From assembly GCA_963837945.1 (NCBI GenBank), contig CAWIQD010000024.1:11469-75468 (forward strand): 64,000 nucleotides of DNA, read 5' to 3'. Below are positions 1 through 9,584 of the stretch, piece by piece (positions within the stretch are counted from its first letter, which is position 1; the number at the start of each line of letters is the position of its first letter). This DNA is from an uncultured Acidobacteriota bacterium (GTDB lineage Bacteria > Acidobacteriota > Thermoanaerobaculia > Multivoradales > DATKCC01). Made by a program: the position numbers and the translations under genes. The notes below the pieces were generated by a model. That model saw only the letters and a program-made list of their open reading frames with translations. It was not told the origin of the DNA and did no database searches.

Positions 1-23
1 GCCAAGGACTTGAGAGGGGTGGA

Positions 24-2621
24 GTGGAAATCGGCGAGGGACCCTTCGGGGGATTGCGACACGGAGCCGTCGGTCGTCGCATCACTGCCTACCTTCGTGG
101 AAATCGGCGAGGGACCCTTCGGGGGATTGCGACATGCATTGCAGTCGCATCAGCGTAGATCTGCTTCGCGTGGAAATCGGCGAGGGACCCTTCGGGGGAT
201 TGCGACACTTCAACTGCTGGCCGTTTGCACGCTTGGCCTCCGTCGGTGGAAATCGGCGAGGGACCCTTCGGGGGATTGCGACATGCGCGTACCATTAGTC
301 CTGGCGTCGGCGAGCTGCTCGGTGTGGAAATCGGCGAGGGACCCTTCGGGGGATTGCGACCGATCGAGCACCAGGTCGGCCGAGCTCCGCCAGGTCTGCT
401 CGGTGGAAATCGGCGAGGGACCCTTCGGGGGATTGCGACACGTTCAGCGCTCGGTCGTCGAACGCCCTCCGTGATCGTGGAAATCGGCGAGGGACCCTTC
501 GGGGGATTGCGACATCGTTCCGCCAGCGTCGCTGTGACCTGCTGCTCCGTGGAAATCGGCGAGGGACCCTTCGGGGGATTGCGACAGAGACGCGTGCATC
601 CGGCGAGCATCCGCCGCCTCGCGTGGAAATCGGCGAGGGACCCTTCGGGGGATTGCGACACAGCACGCGTCGGACTCTGCGCCCGCACGGCTGCGGTGGA
701 AATCGGCGAGGGACCCTTCGGGGGATTGCGACATCGGTGTACTGTCTGGCATCGATGCGTTACCTCCTGTCAGTGGAAATCGGCGAGGGACCCTTCGGGG
801 GATTGCGACACGACTTGCGGCCGACGGTGATCGCGACCAGTACCATCGAAGTGGAAATCGGCGAGGGACCCTTCGGGGGATTGCGACGCTCTAGAGCCGC
901 CGTGAACATCCGGCGGCTTCGGCCGCGTGGAAATCGGCGAGGGACCCTTCGGGGGATTGCGACATCTGACGTACTTTCGCGGCTATCGACGCACCTCATG
1001 GTGGAAATCGGCGAGGGACCCTTCGGGGGATTGCGACAGCTGCCCGTCGAGTCCGATGATGTCATGATCGAGCACCGTGGAAATCGGCGAGGGACCCTTC
1101 GGGGGATTGCGACTTCAGCAACGACCGCCGGCAGTTGTTCGGTCCTCATGTGGAAATCGGCGAGGGACCCTTCGGGGGATTGCGACATTTGACGAAGTCC
1201 AGACCTGTTTTATTCGCACCTCCGGCTCCAGTGGAAATCGGCGAGGGACCCTTCGGGGGATTGCGACATGCTTCGACGACGGCTTCGTGACAACCTCCTT
1301 CCTTGGTGGAAATCGGCGAGGGACCCTTCGGGGGATTGCGACGCTGCAGGTACTGAGTCGACGATGCATCGCATCCAGCGGTGGAAATCGGCGAGGGACC
1401 CTTCGGGGGATTGCGACATTCCGAAGTTCGCCGGGAACGCGGCAGCCGATCGCGTGGAAATCGGCGAGGGACCCTTCGGGGGATTGCGACATTTCGTGAC
1501 GCTGATCTCCGTCCGGAATGCATGATCTGAGTGGAAATCGGCGAGGGACCCTTCGGGGGATTGCGACTCGCAATTCCTCTGACGCTAGAACATCGCGAGG
1601 ATCGGCGTGGAAATCGGCGAGGGACCCTTCGGGGGATTGCGACGGCCGACGACGCACCATGATGCACTCGACCGGTGTCCTGTGGAAATCGGCGAGGGAC
1701 CCTTCGGGGGATTGCGACATTGCAGTCATGAAGATCATCGGCGACCTCCGTGTTGACTGTGGAAATCGGCGAGGGACCCTTCGGGGGATTGCGACCACAG
1801 AAATTGTCGTCGGGAACACCCACCGGATTGACGTGGAAATCGGCGAGGGACCCTTCGGGGGATTGCGACATGATGACGAGGATCGGGTGATAGCACCACC
1901 ATCATGACGTGGAAATCGGCGAGGGACCCTTCGGGGGATTGCGACATGAAACATCCTTCTTTCCCCCGACTGCCATGATTAGAGTGGAAATCGGCGAGGG
2001 ACCCTTCGGGGGATTGCGACATTGGGGCGACAATGGACTCGTCCATGTCGAAGTCAGAGGTGGAAATCGGCGAGGGACCCTTCGGGGGATTGCGACATCC
2101 GCTTGGTCCTGGCATGTTGCGTTGCTCCCTTCGTGGAAATCGGCGAGGGACCCTTCGGGGGATTGCGACATGTTGGTGCGGTCCATCGGAGTCTCCTTTA
2201 TCTGCCGTGGAAATCGGCGAGGGACCCTTCGGGGGATTGCGACATATACCCCCGCACGGAGTCAGTAACGTTGACCCCGTTAGTGGAAATCGGCGAGGGA
2301 CCCTTCGGGGGATTGCGACATCCGACGGTACCGAGATGAAGCCGGACATGGACGTCTCTGTGGAAATCGGCGAGGGACCCTTCGGGGGATTGCGACACTC
2401 GCGTACTGCCTTCGGGGTCCCCGATGGCGTACTGGTGGAAATCGGCGAGGGACCCTTCGGGGGATTGCGACACTGCGCGGAGAAGCTACTGCATAGCTTC
2501 CCTCCTTAGTCTGTGGAAATCGGCGAGGGACCCTTCGGGGGATTGCGACATCCCAGTCCACGCTGGGCACGCGACCGTCCGAGTGGGTGCAGATCGGCGA
2601 GGCACGTCCGCCGGACTTCGT
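24..2621 (+). CRISPR. CRISPR array 1: 34 copies of the 37-nt repeat GTGGAAATCGGCGAGGGACCCTTCGGGGGATTGCGAC with 33 spacers of 35-44 nt, followed by a degenerate terminal repeat at ~2584-2621
   Basis: I counted repeat ends directly at 60, 133, 206, ... 2549, giving a period of ~73-81 nt. The distal repeat GTGGGTGCAGATCGGCGAGGCACGTCC... is degenerate, which places the leader upstream at the window start. The leader-repeat junction CAAGGACTTGAGAGGGGTGGAG is also found in front of array 2. Confidence 0.95.
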
Positions 2622-2827
2622 TGCTCGTAGACAGGTGAGCCCGAGAGGTGGCGGACGGCGGGGCCCGGCCTCTGGCCTCGTGGCCTGGGTCGGGTCAGGT
2701 CAGGCCAGGTGCTGTCCTGACGGGGTGTTGGCAGATCGGCGGCTCTCGGGCGGCGGGGCAGAACCGGGCCGAGGCGCCGCTCCGGCGGCGGCTGGTCGCT
2801 CTCGAGACGGGTGAGCGCCCAAAGCGG

Positions 2828-3058
2828 CTACTCGCCGCCGCGCTTCCGGAGCTCTCGTCTCGCCGCCCGGATCAGGCGATCCCGCGACCACCCGGAGACG
2901 CTCAGGTCGGAGCGCTCCGCCGCTCGGCGCAGGAGCTCCAGGTCCGACTCCCTCATCCGCAGTCGAATCGCCGCCTCGAACCGCTCGGTGGGCCTCTTCT
3001 TGGGGCGAGCCATGGCCGGACTGTAGGCCGATACGATCAGCCCGTCAACCCTTGACAA
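2828..3058 (-). CDS. Small ribbon-helix-helix (RHH, CopG/MobC-like) DNA-binding protein; the alternative start at 3013 gives 61 aa
   Basis: The sequence ARPKKRPTERFEAAIRLRMRESDLELLRRAAERSDLSVSGWSRDRLIRAARREL shows the typical RHH beta-strand plus two helices pattern. Confidence 0.45.
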   Translation of the reverse strand: MSRVDGLIVSAYSPAMARPKKRPTERFEAAIRLRMRESDLELLRRAAERSDLSVSGWSRDRLIRAARRELRKRGGE

Positions 3059-4140
3059 AGGCTTGTTTTTCGGCCTACAATAACCAGATGGTCGATGACC
3101 TGATTCGGGGTGATGGCGCGGGGCGGGAAGGCGGCTCCGGGAGGACCTGTCCCGCGTGCGAGACCCCGGTGATCAAGTACGGCAAGACGGCCGCCGGGCG
3201 CCAGCGGTACTGGTGTCGGAGTTGCCGCAGCACCACGTCGGACGCCGCTCCTCGATCGCCGATCCATCCCATGCGGATTCCGCTCGAGCGCGCGGTGCTG
3301 TGCCTGCGGCTCCTGGTCGAGGGCAGCAGCATCCGGGCGGCCGAGCGGATCACCGGCACCCACCGGGACACGATCGGTCGGCTGCTGCTCCTGGCCGGGG
3401 GGCGGTGCGAGAGGCTCCTCGCCGAGCTGGTGACGGACGTCGAGGTCCACGACGTCGAGACCTCCGAGCTCTGGGCCTTCGTGGGGATGAAGGAGACGAC
3501 CCGGGAGCGGCTGGGCTTGGGCGACCCGCGGGTGGGCGACGCCTACGCGTTTCTCGCCATGGAGCGAGATTCGAAGCTGATCCTCGCCTGGCACCTGGGC
3601 CGGCGCACGGCCGAGCACACGGACGCGTTCGCCGAGAAGCTCGGCCGCGCGACCGCCGGCCGTTTCCAGCTCACGACCAGTGGGCTCGCGGCCTATCGCG
3701 AGGCCGTGAGCTTCCACTTGGGCGAACGCACGGACTACGCGACGCTGGTCAAGGAGGTCGGACCGGGGAAGGGCTCGGACGAGGGCCGCCGGCTGCCTCC
3801 GCGGATCGTGGGCGTGAAGAAGAACCGCGTCCATGGCGATCCGGATCCGGCGCGGGTTTGCACGTCTCACGCCGAGCGCGGAGCGCTGACGTTCCGGATG
3901 CAGTCGCGGCGCTTCACGCGGCGGACGAACGCCTTCTCGAAGTCTTGGAGGCACCACCGTGCGGCCCTGGCGCTCCAGCTCGCTCACTACAACCTCTGCT
4001 GGATGCACGCCTCCATCCGCATGACGCCGGCCATGAAGGCCGGGGTCGTCGGGAGGCCCTGGAAGCTTGAGGAGCTCCTGGCCGACGGGGGATCAGGGCC
4101 CGCGAGCGGGCTCTGATTTCGCCTCGTCGATTCCCGCGAG
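3030..4140 (+). mobile_element. IS1-family insertion sequence (boundaries approximate; imperfect terminal motif ATCAG(AG)CCCG near 3035 and 4120)
   Basis: A single fused InsAB-like transposase ORF. Weak terminal inverted similarity. No clear target-site duplication seen. Confidence 0.45.
3052..4116 (+). CDS. IS1-family transposase (fused InsA zinc-finger/HTH + InsB DDE domain)
   Basis: The N-terminal CPACETPVIKYGKTAAGRQRYWCRSCRST matches the IS1 InsA zinc ribbon (CPSC...NGKSTAGHQRYLCSHCR). The motif ELWAFVGMKE and the C-terminal RRTNAFSKS...HYNLCWMH match InsB motifs. Confidence 0.75.
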   Translation: MTKACFSAYNNQMVDDLIRGDGAGREGGSGRTCPACETPVIKYGKTAAGRQRYWCRSCRSTTSDAAPRSPIHPMRIPLERAVLCLRLLVEGSSIRAAERITGTHRDTIGRLLLLAGGRCERLLAELVTDVEVHDVETSELWAFVGMKETTRERLGLGDPRVGDAYAFLAMERDSKLILAWHLGRRTAEHTDAFAEKLGRATAGRFQLTTSGLAAYREAVSFHLGERTDYATLVKEVGPGKGSDEGRRLPPRIVGVKKNRVHGDPDPARVCTSHAERGALTFRMQSRRFTRRTNAFSKSWRHHRAALALQLAHYNLCWMHASIRMTPAMKAGVVGRPWKLEELLADGGSGPASGL

Positions 4141-4503
4141 CTCGCGGCACATTTTCCGGGCGAGCTCGTGGAGCTCCTGGGCGTAGCGAGCCGCGAAGGC
4201 GCGCAGCCGCGGGCTCGGGCTCCAGTGACCTCGCTGGTCACGCGGCTCGGCGAGCTCTCGGAGGTCTTCGACGCACGCCATCACGTCGGCGACGACCGCC
4301 TCGGTCCACGCGGCGTGCTCATCGCGGCTCGGATCGGGGCCGGTCTGCCAGGTATCCCAGCGCACGTAGTCGGCGAGGATCTTGCCGACCTGCTCGACGG
4401 CCCGCCGGTCGCTCGGGTCCTCGAAGCGCCAGAGGAGAGCCTGACGCATGGCGGTCGGCAGAGGCGGATAGGGCTCGCCCTCGTCATCGACGACCCGGAC
4501 CAT
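4093..4503 (-). CDS. Hypothetical protein (hypB), translationally coupled downstream of radC
   Basis: The start MVRVVDDEGEPY overlaps the radC stop (ATGA). No recognisable domain. Confidence 0.4.
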   Translation of the reverse strand: MVRVVDDEGEPYPPLPTAMRQALLWRFEDPSDRRAVEQVGKILADYVRWDTWQTGPDPSRDEHAAWTEAVVADVMACVEDLRELAEPRDQRGHWSPSPRLRAFAARYAQELHELARKMCRELAGIDEAKSEPARGP

Positions 4504-5225
4504 CACAACAGGCGCCTGTCCCGGAAGGAGGCCCAGCGCTGGGCGCCGCCGAGGATGATGTGGTCCGCGAGCCGGACTCCCACGGCCTCGCACGCCTCCG
4601 CCAGGCGCCGGGTGAAGCGGATGTCTTCTATGGTCGGGGACGGATCGCCCGACGGGTGCGTGTGGAAGACGACCACGCTCTCCGCCGCGCGGTCGAGGGC
4701 GAGAGCGATGATCTGGCGCGGCTCGACCGAGGCTCTCGTCAGCGTGCCGCGGAACAGCTCCGCCATGCCCACGAGCCGCCGCCGGGTGTCGAGGAAGAGG
4801 GCGCCCATCACCTCCTGGTCTCGGAGGACGTAGCGCAGCGCCAAGTAGCGGGCCACCTCGTCTGGCCGCCCCATGGGCTCTCGCTCGGGGACCTCGGCCC
4901 GGGCGAGGCGCCGGGCGAGCTCGAGCGCGGCGAGGACCGAGGCGGCCTTCACCTCGCCCAGGCCGCGGCGCTGGAGGGCCTCGGGGCGGATGCCCACCAG
5001 GCCGGGGAGCCCGGAGGTCTCCTCGAGGATCTCGCGGGCGAGCTCCAGGGAGCAGACGTCGCGCGAGCCGTGGCCCAGGACGAGGGCGAGCACTTCGGGG
5101 TCGGAAAGGGCTTCGCCACCGCTCCGAAGCAGGCGCTGGCGCGGGCGCTCGTCGGGGGGCATCTCCCGGATGAGGCTCGGGAGACCGCTTCTGGAGGGTC
5201 GGGCCCTGGGACGCCGGCGGGCCAT
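4503..5225 (-). CDS. radC: RadC-family JAB/MPN domain protein (UPF0758)
   Basis: Contains the JAMM motif HTHPSGDPSPTIEDIRFTRRL and the conserved RadC N-terminal helix-hairpin region (EVLALVLG). The true start is the internal Met at 5225; the 363-aa track ORF has a spurious N-terminal extension. Confidence 0.85.
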   Translation of the reverse strand: MARRRPRARPSRSGLPSLIREMPPDERPRQRLLRSGGEALSDPEVLALVLGHGSRDVCSLELAREILEETSGLPGLVGIRPEALQRRGLGEVKAASVLAALELARRLARAEVPEREPMGRPDEVARYLALRYVLRDQEVMGALFLDTRRRLVGMAELFRGTLTRASVEPRQIIALALDRAAESVVVFHTHPSGDPSPTIEDIRFTRRLAEACEAVGVRLADHIILGGAQRWASFRDRRLL

Positions 5226-5587
5226 CAGCCGTCCTCCCGGCCGTCGGCCCACTCGGCCCAGTCGGCGAAAGCCGCGGCGAAGTGGCGCTCCAGCTCTTCG
5301 GGCGTCCAGGCGAGGGCCCGGTCGGCGCCGGCGAAGGCGCTGTCCGAGCCCGGCGAGTCCGCCGAGTCCTCGGCGCCGTGGCCCACGACCCAGCAGCGGG
5401 TCGCCTCGGCCGCGAAGAGAATCCGGAAGCGCTCGCGGTCGCCGCCCTCGAGGCCCGTCTCGGCGGGCGGGAGGCAAGAGAGAGTCTCGGCCGCGAGGTG
5501 CAGAAGGCCGAGACCGATGGAGAGGGTGACCCGAAGCTCGTCGTTCGTCGGGTCGGCGGGCGCGATACGATCCCTCAAGCTGCTCAT
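5225..5587 (-). CDS. Hypothetical acidic protein (hypA), first gene of the hypA-radC-hypB operon
   Basis: GAGGAG ribosome-binding site 8 nt upstream of the ATG. Its stop overlaps the radC start (ATGA). No domain recognised. Confidence 0.35.
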   Translation of the reverse strand: MSSLRDRIAPADPTNDELRVTLSIGLGLLHLAAETLSCLPPAETGLEGGDRERFRILFAAEATRCWVVGHGAEDSADSPGSDSAFAGADRALAWTPEELERHFAAAFADWAEWADGREDG

Positions 5588-5982
5588 GAGGCACGCTCCT
5601 CGTGAGTGGTCAGGCCCGGCGGGTCGCTAGCGGCTTCCCGCCGGGCCGCTCCGTGGTTTCCGGGCTCGCATGGCCCCGGCTGTTCGGCCCAACCTACCCC
5701 GCCGTCAAGGCCCAGAGGTAGCCAACACGCCTTTGGGACAGCACTCCTCGTCGCAAGTAGTTGCTCGAAGGGTACGTCTTGCGCTAACCTCCGGGGAGGC
5801 CGAAAACGTGGGGAGGTTAGCGCAGACCCCGGAAAGCGTCGAAGCTCTTTGAAATCAGAGGGTTACCGAGATTCGTCCGGTTCTGGCCTCGCCGGTCTTG
5901 CCCCTCGCCGAGGCCCAGTCTGGGGAGGTTAGCGGAAATGGCCTTCCAACTCACTGAGCCACAAGGACTTGGGAGGGGTGGA
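5588..5982 (+). promoter_or_regulatory. Leader of CRISPR array 2; contains a hairpin GCGCTAACCTCC-N19-GGAGGTTAGCGC (~5781-5823) and a third copy of GGGGAGGTTAGCG at ~5931
   Basis: Non-coding region between the divergent hypA start and the first repeat. Its last 23 nt (CAAGGACTTGGGAGGGGTGGAG) are shared with the array 1 junction. Confidence 0.6.
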
Positions 5983-8900
5983 GTGGAAACCGGCGAGGAA
6001 CCTTTCGAGGGATTGCGACACGAGGCTGCCGAAGATGAGGGTGACTAAGCTCATGAGTGGAAACCGGCGAGGAACCTTTCGAGGGATTGCGACATTCTAC
6101 CGACTCTTTTCAGAGTCTAGGATTTCGCTGTGGAAACCGGCGAGGAACCTTTCGAGGGATTGCGACTGCTCGGAGACGGGATTCATGCACTCTTGCCCTC
6201 CGTGGAAACCGGCGAGGAACCTTTCGAGGGATTGCGACCATTGCGCGACTCCGGCCGCCGCTGTCAGGCTTTCGTGGAAACCGGCGAGGAACCTTTCGAG
6301 GGATTGCGACTACGTCCCTGGCCATCCCTCTCGGCGAACCTGTGGAAACCGGCGAGGAACCTTTCGAGGGATTGCGACCAGTGAGCGTCGACGTCATCCT
6401 TTCTCCGTGGAAACGCAGGTTTCGAGGTGGAAACCGGCGAGGAACCTTTCGAGGGATTGCGACATGTAGCGTGCCGACGATCGAGCTCAGTGCATAGCTC
6501 GGGTGGAAACCGGCGAGGAACCTTTCGAGGGATTGCGACATTGAACTGCGACTCGTCCGCACGAGTCATCTTCCGCTGTGGAAACCGGCGAGGAACCTTT
6601 CGAGGGATTGCGACATGTCTGGGCGTGACGGTCAATCTCCGACTCCTCCTCCGTGGAAACCGGCGAGGAACCTTTCGAGGGATTGCGACCATTGCTCGAT
6701 GCCGGCGTCGCTTTCCGAATTCGAGTGGAAACCGGCGAGGAACCTTTCGAGGGATTGCGACTGTACGACGCCGCGGCCGTTGGTCTCGGCGATCCGGGTG
6801 GAAACCGGCGAGGAACCTTTCGAGGGATTGCGACACTGAAACGTGTCGTCGAGGAATCGGCTATCCTCGCCTGGGTGGAAACCGGCGAGGAACCTTTCGA
6901 GGGATTGCGACATCTTCAGGACACGTCGCGTTCGTGAAGTCGTCGGCTCCTTGTGGAAACCGGCGAGGAACCTTTCGAGGGATTGCGACATGTCCGGAGT
7001 CGGTTCGAGGTCGGCATCGTCACCCTGCGTGGAAACCGGCGAGGAACCTTTCGAGGGATTGCGACATGTCGACTCCTGACCGGCTGACGGGCTGCGATAT
7101 CCTGGGTGGAAACCGGCGAGGAACCTTTCGAGGGATTGCGACGTGATGCACGTCGATCCGATGCAGTCACTGCCGTCTCCGGGGTGGAAACCGGCGAGGA
7201 ACCTTTCGAGGGATTGCGACATCGTCCGACAGGTCGCAGGGCGACTCGTTAGGTGGAAACCGGCGAGGAACCTTTCGAGGGATTGCGACATGTCGATTCC
7301 TGACTCGCTCCGGATGTCGTATGTCCTGTGGAAACCGGCGAGGAACCTTTCGAGGGATTGCGACATGAGAGTCTCCGCGCAGGATGCCGTCTCGTCGAGT
7401 GGAAACCGGCGAGGAACCTTTCGAGGGATTGCGACACTCGAACTCGTCGTCACAGGCCACTGGCGCGTGCTGTGGAAACCGGCGAGGAACCTTTCGAGGG
7501 ATTGCGACATCTCGACGGAACTTGCGCGATCCCGTCGATGCAGTGGAAACCGGCGAGGAACCTTTCGAGGGATTGCGACATCTCAGACGCTGCGTCGCTG
7601 GCATCGCTCGCTGCGTGGAAACCGGCGAGGAACCTTTCGAGGGATTGCGACATCTCGTGGCTTGCATGTCTTCCAATCCTGCTCGACGTGGAAACCGGCG
7701 AGGAACCTTTCGAGGGATTGCGACACTGGATGATCGCTTGTGTTCGTTGATCCTCGTCGAGGTGGAAACCGGCGAGGAACCTTTCGAGGGATTGCGACTT
7801 CAGCGAGGCTTCGCATGACTTAGCATCCTCCGGGTGGAAACCGGCGAGGAACCTTTCGAGGGATTGCGACATTTGCGGCTCCTGCCGAGAGCTCGTTACC
7901 CGAAGTGGAAACCGGCGAGGAACCTTTCGAGGGATTGCGACACTTGACGTGGTCAGGCCGCGAGTCGCCTACTGCGTGGAAACCGGCGAGGAACCTTTCG
8001 AGGGATTGCGACATCTCTGGCACCGCTCGGCGACGGCAGCTCCGTTCATGCGATACCTTGTGGAAACCGGCGAGGAACCTTTCGAGGGATTGCGACCCGA
8101 TGACTGCCAGAGTCTTCCAGAACATCTGCGTTCCGTGGAAACCGGCGAGGAACCTTTCGAGGGATTGCGACATGTCGTCCTGCGCCTGCGTCGGCTTAGT
8201 CGCAGTGTGGAAACCGGCGAGGAACCTTTCGAGGGATTGCGACATTCCGGGCAGTACGCTTTTCTCAGCCTCAACCTTGGGTGGAAACCGGCGAGGAACC
8301 TTTCGAGGGATTGCGACATCGCTCGAGTCGATTCATCTTGGCCTCCTTAAGTGGAAACCGGCGAGGAACCTTTCGAGGGATTGCGACATTCTACGATCCC
8401 GGCTCACTCTTACACGCCCTCCTGTGGAAACCGGCGAGGAACCTTTCGAGGGATTGCGACACGGTCGAGGTCTCGTCGGTGACATGGCCAGTTCTCCACG
8501 TGGAAACCGGCGAGGAACCTTTCGAGGGATTGCGACATACAGGAACTCCCTGTCGACGAGCATGGAGGTCCGAGTGGAAACCGGCGAGGAACCTTTCGAG
8601 GGATTGCGACATCCGAAGGACTGCCCTCGGCCGCGTCGTCGCTGTCTAAGTGGAAACCGGCGAGGAACCTTTCGAGGGATTGCGACACTTGCTGCTGCAC
8701 CCATGGTGCCGCAGCAGACCAGTCGGTGGAAACCGGCGAGGAACCTTTCGAGGGATTGCGACAGCTCTTCCGGGACGCATCCCGAGAAATTCCAACCGAT
8801 CGTGGAAACCGGCGAGGAACCTTTCGAGGGATTGCGACCTTACCTGGCGAAGCGGAGGCCATGCTCTGCGGTCGGGTGGAAACCGGCGAGGAACCTTTCG

Positions 8901-9584
8901 AGGGATTGCGACATTTTTTTCTGCCTCGAGAAGACAAGCGGCTTGCTGTGTGGAAACCGGCGAGGAACCTTTCGAGGGATTGCGACCGTTGTCTCCAACC
9001 GCTCTCCTCCACTCCGTCCACTGAGTGGAAACCGGCGAGGAACCTTTCGAGGGATTGCGACCCATTTCAAGAGAGACCAGTTGACACTGACCCCTCCCGT
9101 GGAAACCGGCGAGGAACCTTTCGAGGGATTGCGACACAATCGTGCGACGGAGAGATCGAAGTGGAGGACTTTCGCCGTGGAAACCGGCGAGGAACCTTTC
9201 GAGGGATTGCGACAGAGACTTGCAGGAATTGGATCATACCATCCTCCTTTTGGGTGGAAACCGGCGAGGAACCTTTCGAGGGATTGCGACTGGTCAGGGC
9301 CTAGGTAGCGGCCGTCGCCGTCGAAGTGGAAACCGGCGAGGAACCTTTCGAGGGATTGCGACAGCTCAACGATGAGTAGTTTCACGACGTCCTCCCGCGG
9401 TGGAAACCGGCGAGGAACCTTTCGAGGGATTGCGACATTGTGCCATCCGGGTGTAGTCCACGCCGTCGCCGGCGCTGGAAACCGGCGAGGAACCTTTCGA
9501 GGGATTGCGACGAGCGCTGGGCGAGCGGTCGATGGTTCCACGTCGAGGTGGAAACCGGCGAGGAACCTTTCGAGGGATTGCGAG
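5983..9584 (+). CRISPR. CRISPR array 2: 49 copies of the 37-nt repeat GTGGAAACCGGCGAGGAACCTTTCGAGGGATTGCGAC with spacers of ~31-43 nt; one 20-nt partial repeat at ~6407-6426; the penultimate repeat has G1->C and the last repeat ends GCGAG
   Basis: Direct counting of repeat ends (6019, 6093, ... 9511, 9584). The repeat differs from the array 1 repeat at 4 of 37 positions (8, 17, 21, 26). The same leader-repeat junction motif precedes it. Confidence 0.95.

Noticed and set aside
3156-4070. A 304-aa ORF (MRDPGDQVRQDGRR...) inside the IS
   Set aside because: An alternative frame of the transposase gene with an Arg/Gly/Pro-rich nonsense translation.
3052-4116. Possibility that the transposase between the arrays is an RNA-guided TnpB/IscB or a CRISPR-associated transposon component
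   Set aside because: The protein is a classical IS1 InsA/InsB DDE-type transposase (zinc ribbon plus DDE motifs). It has no RuvC/HNH nuclease or TnsABC/TniQ features.
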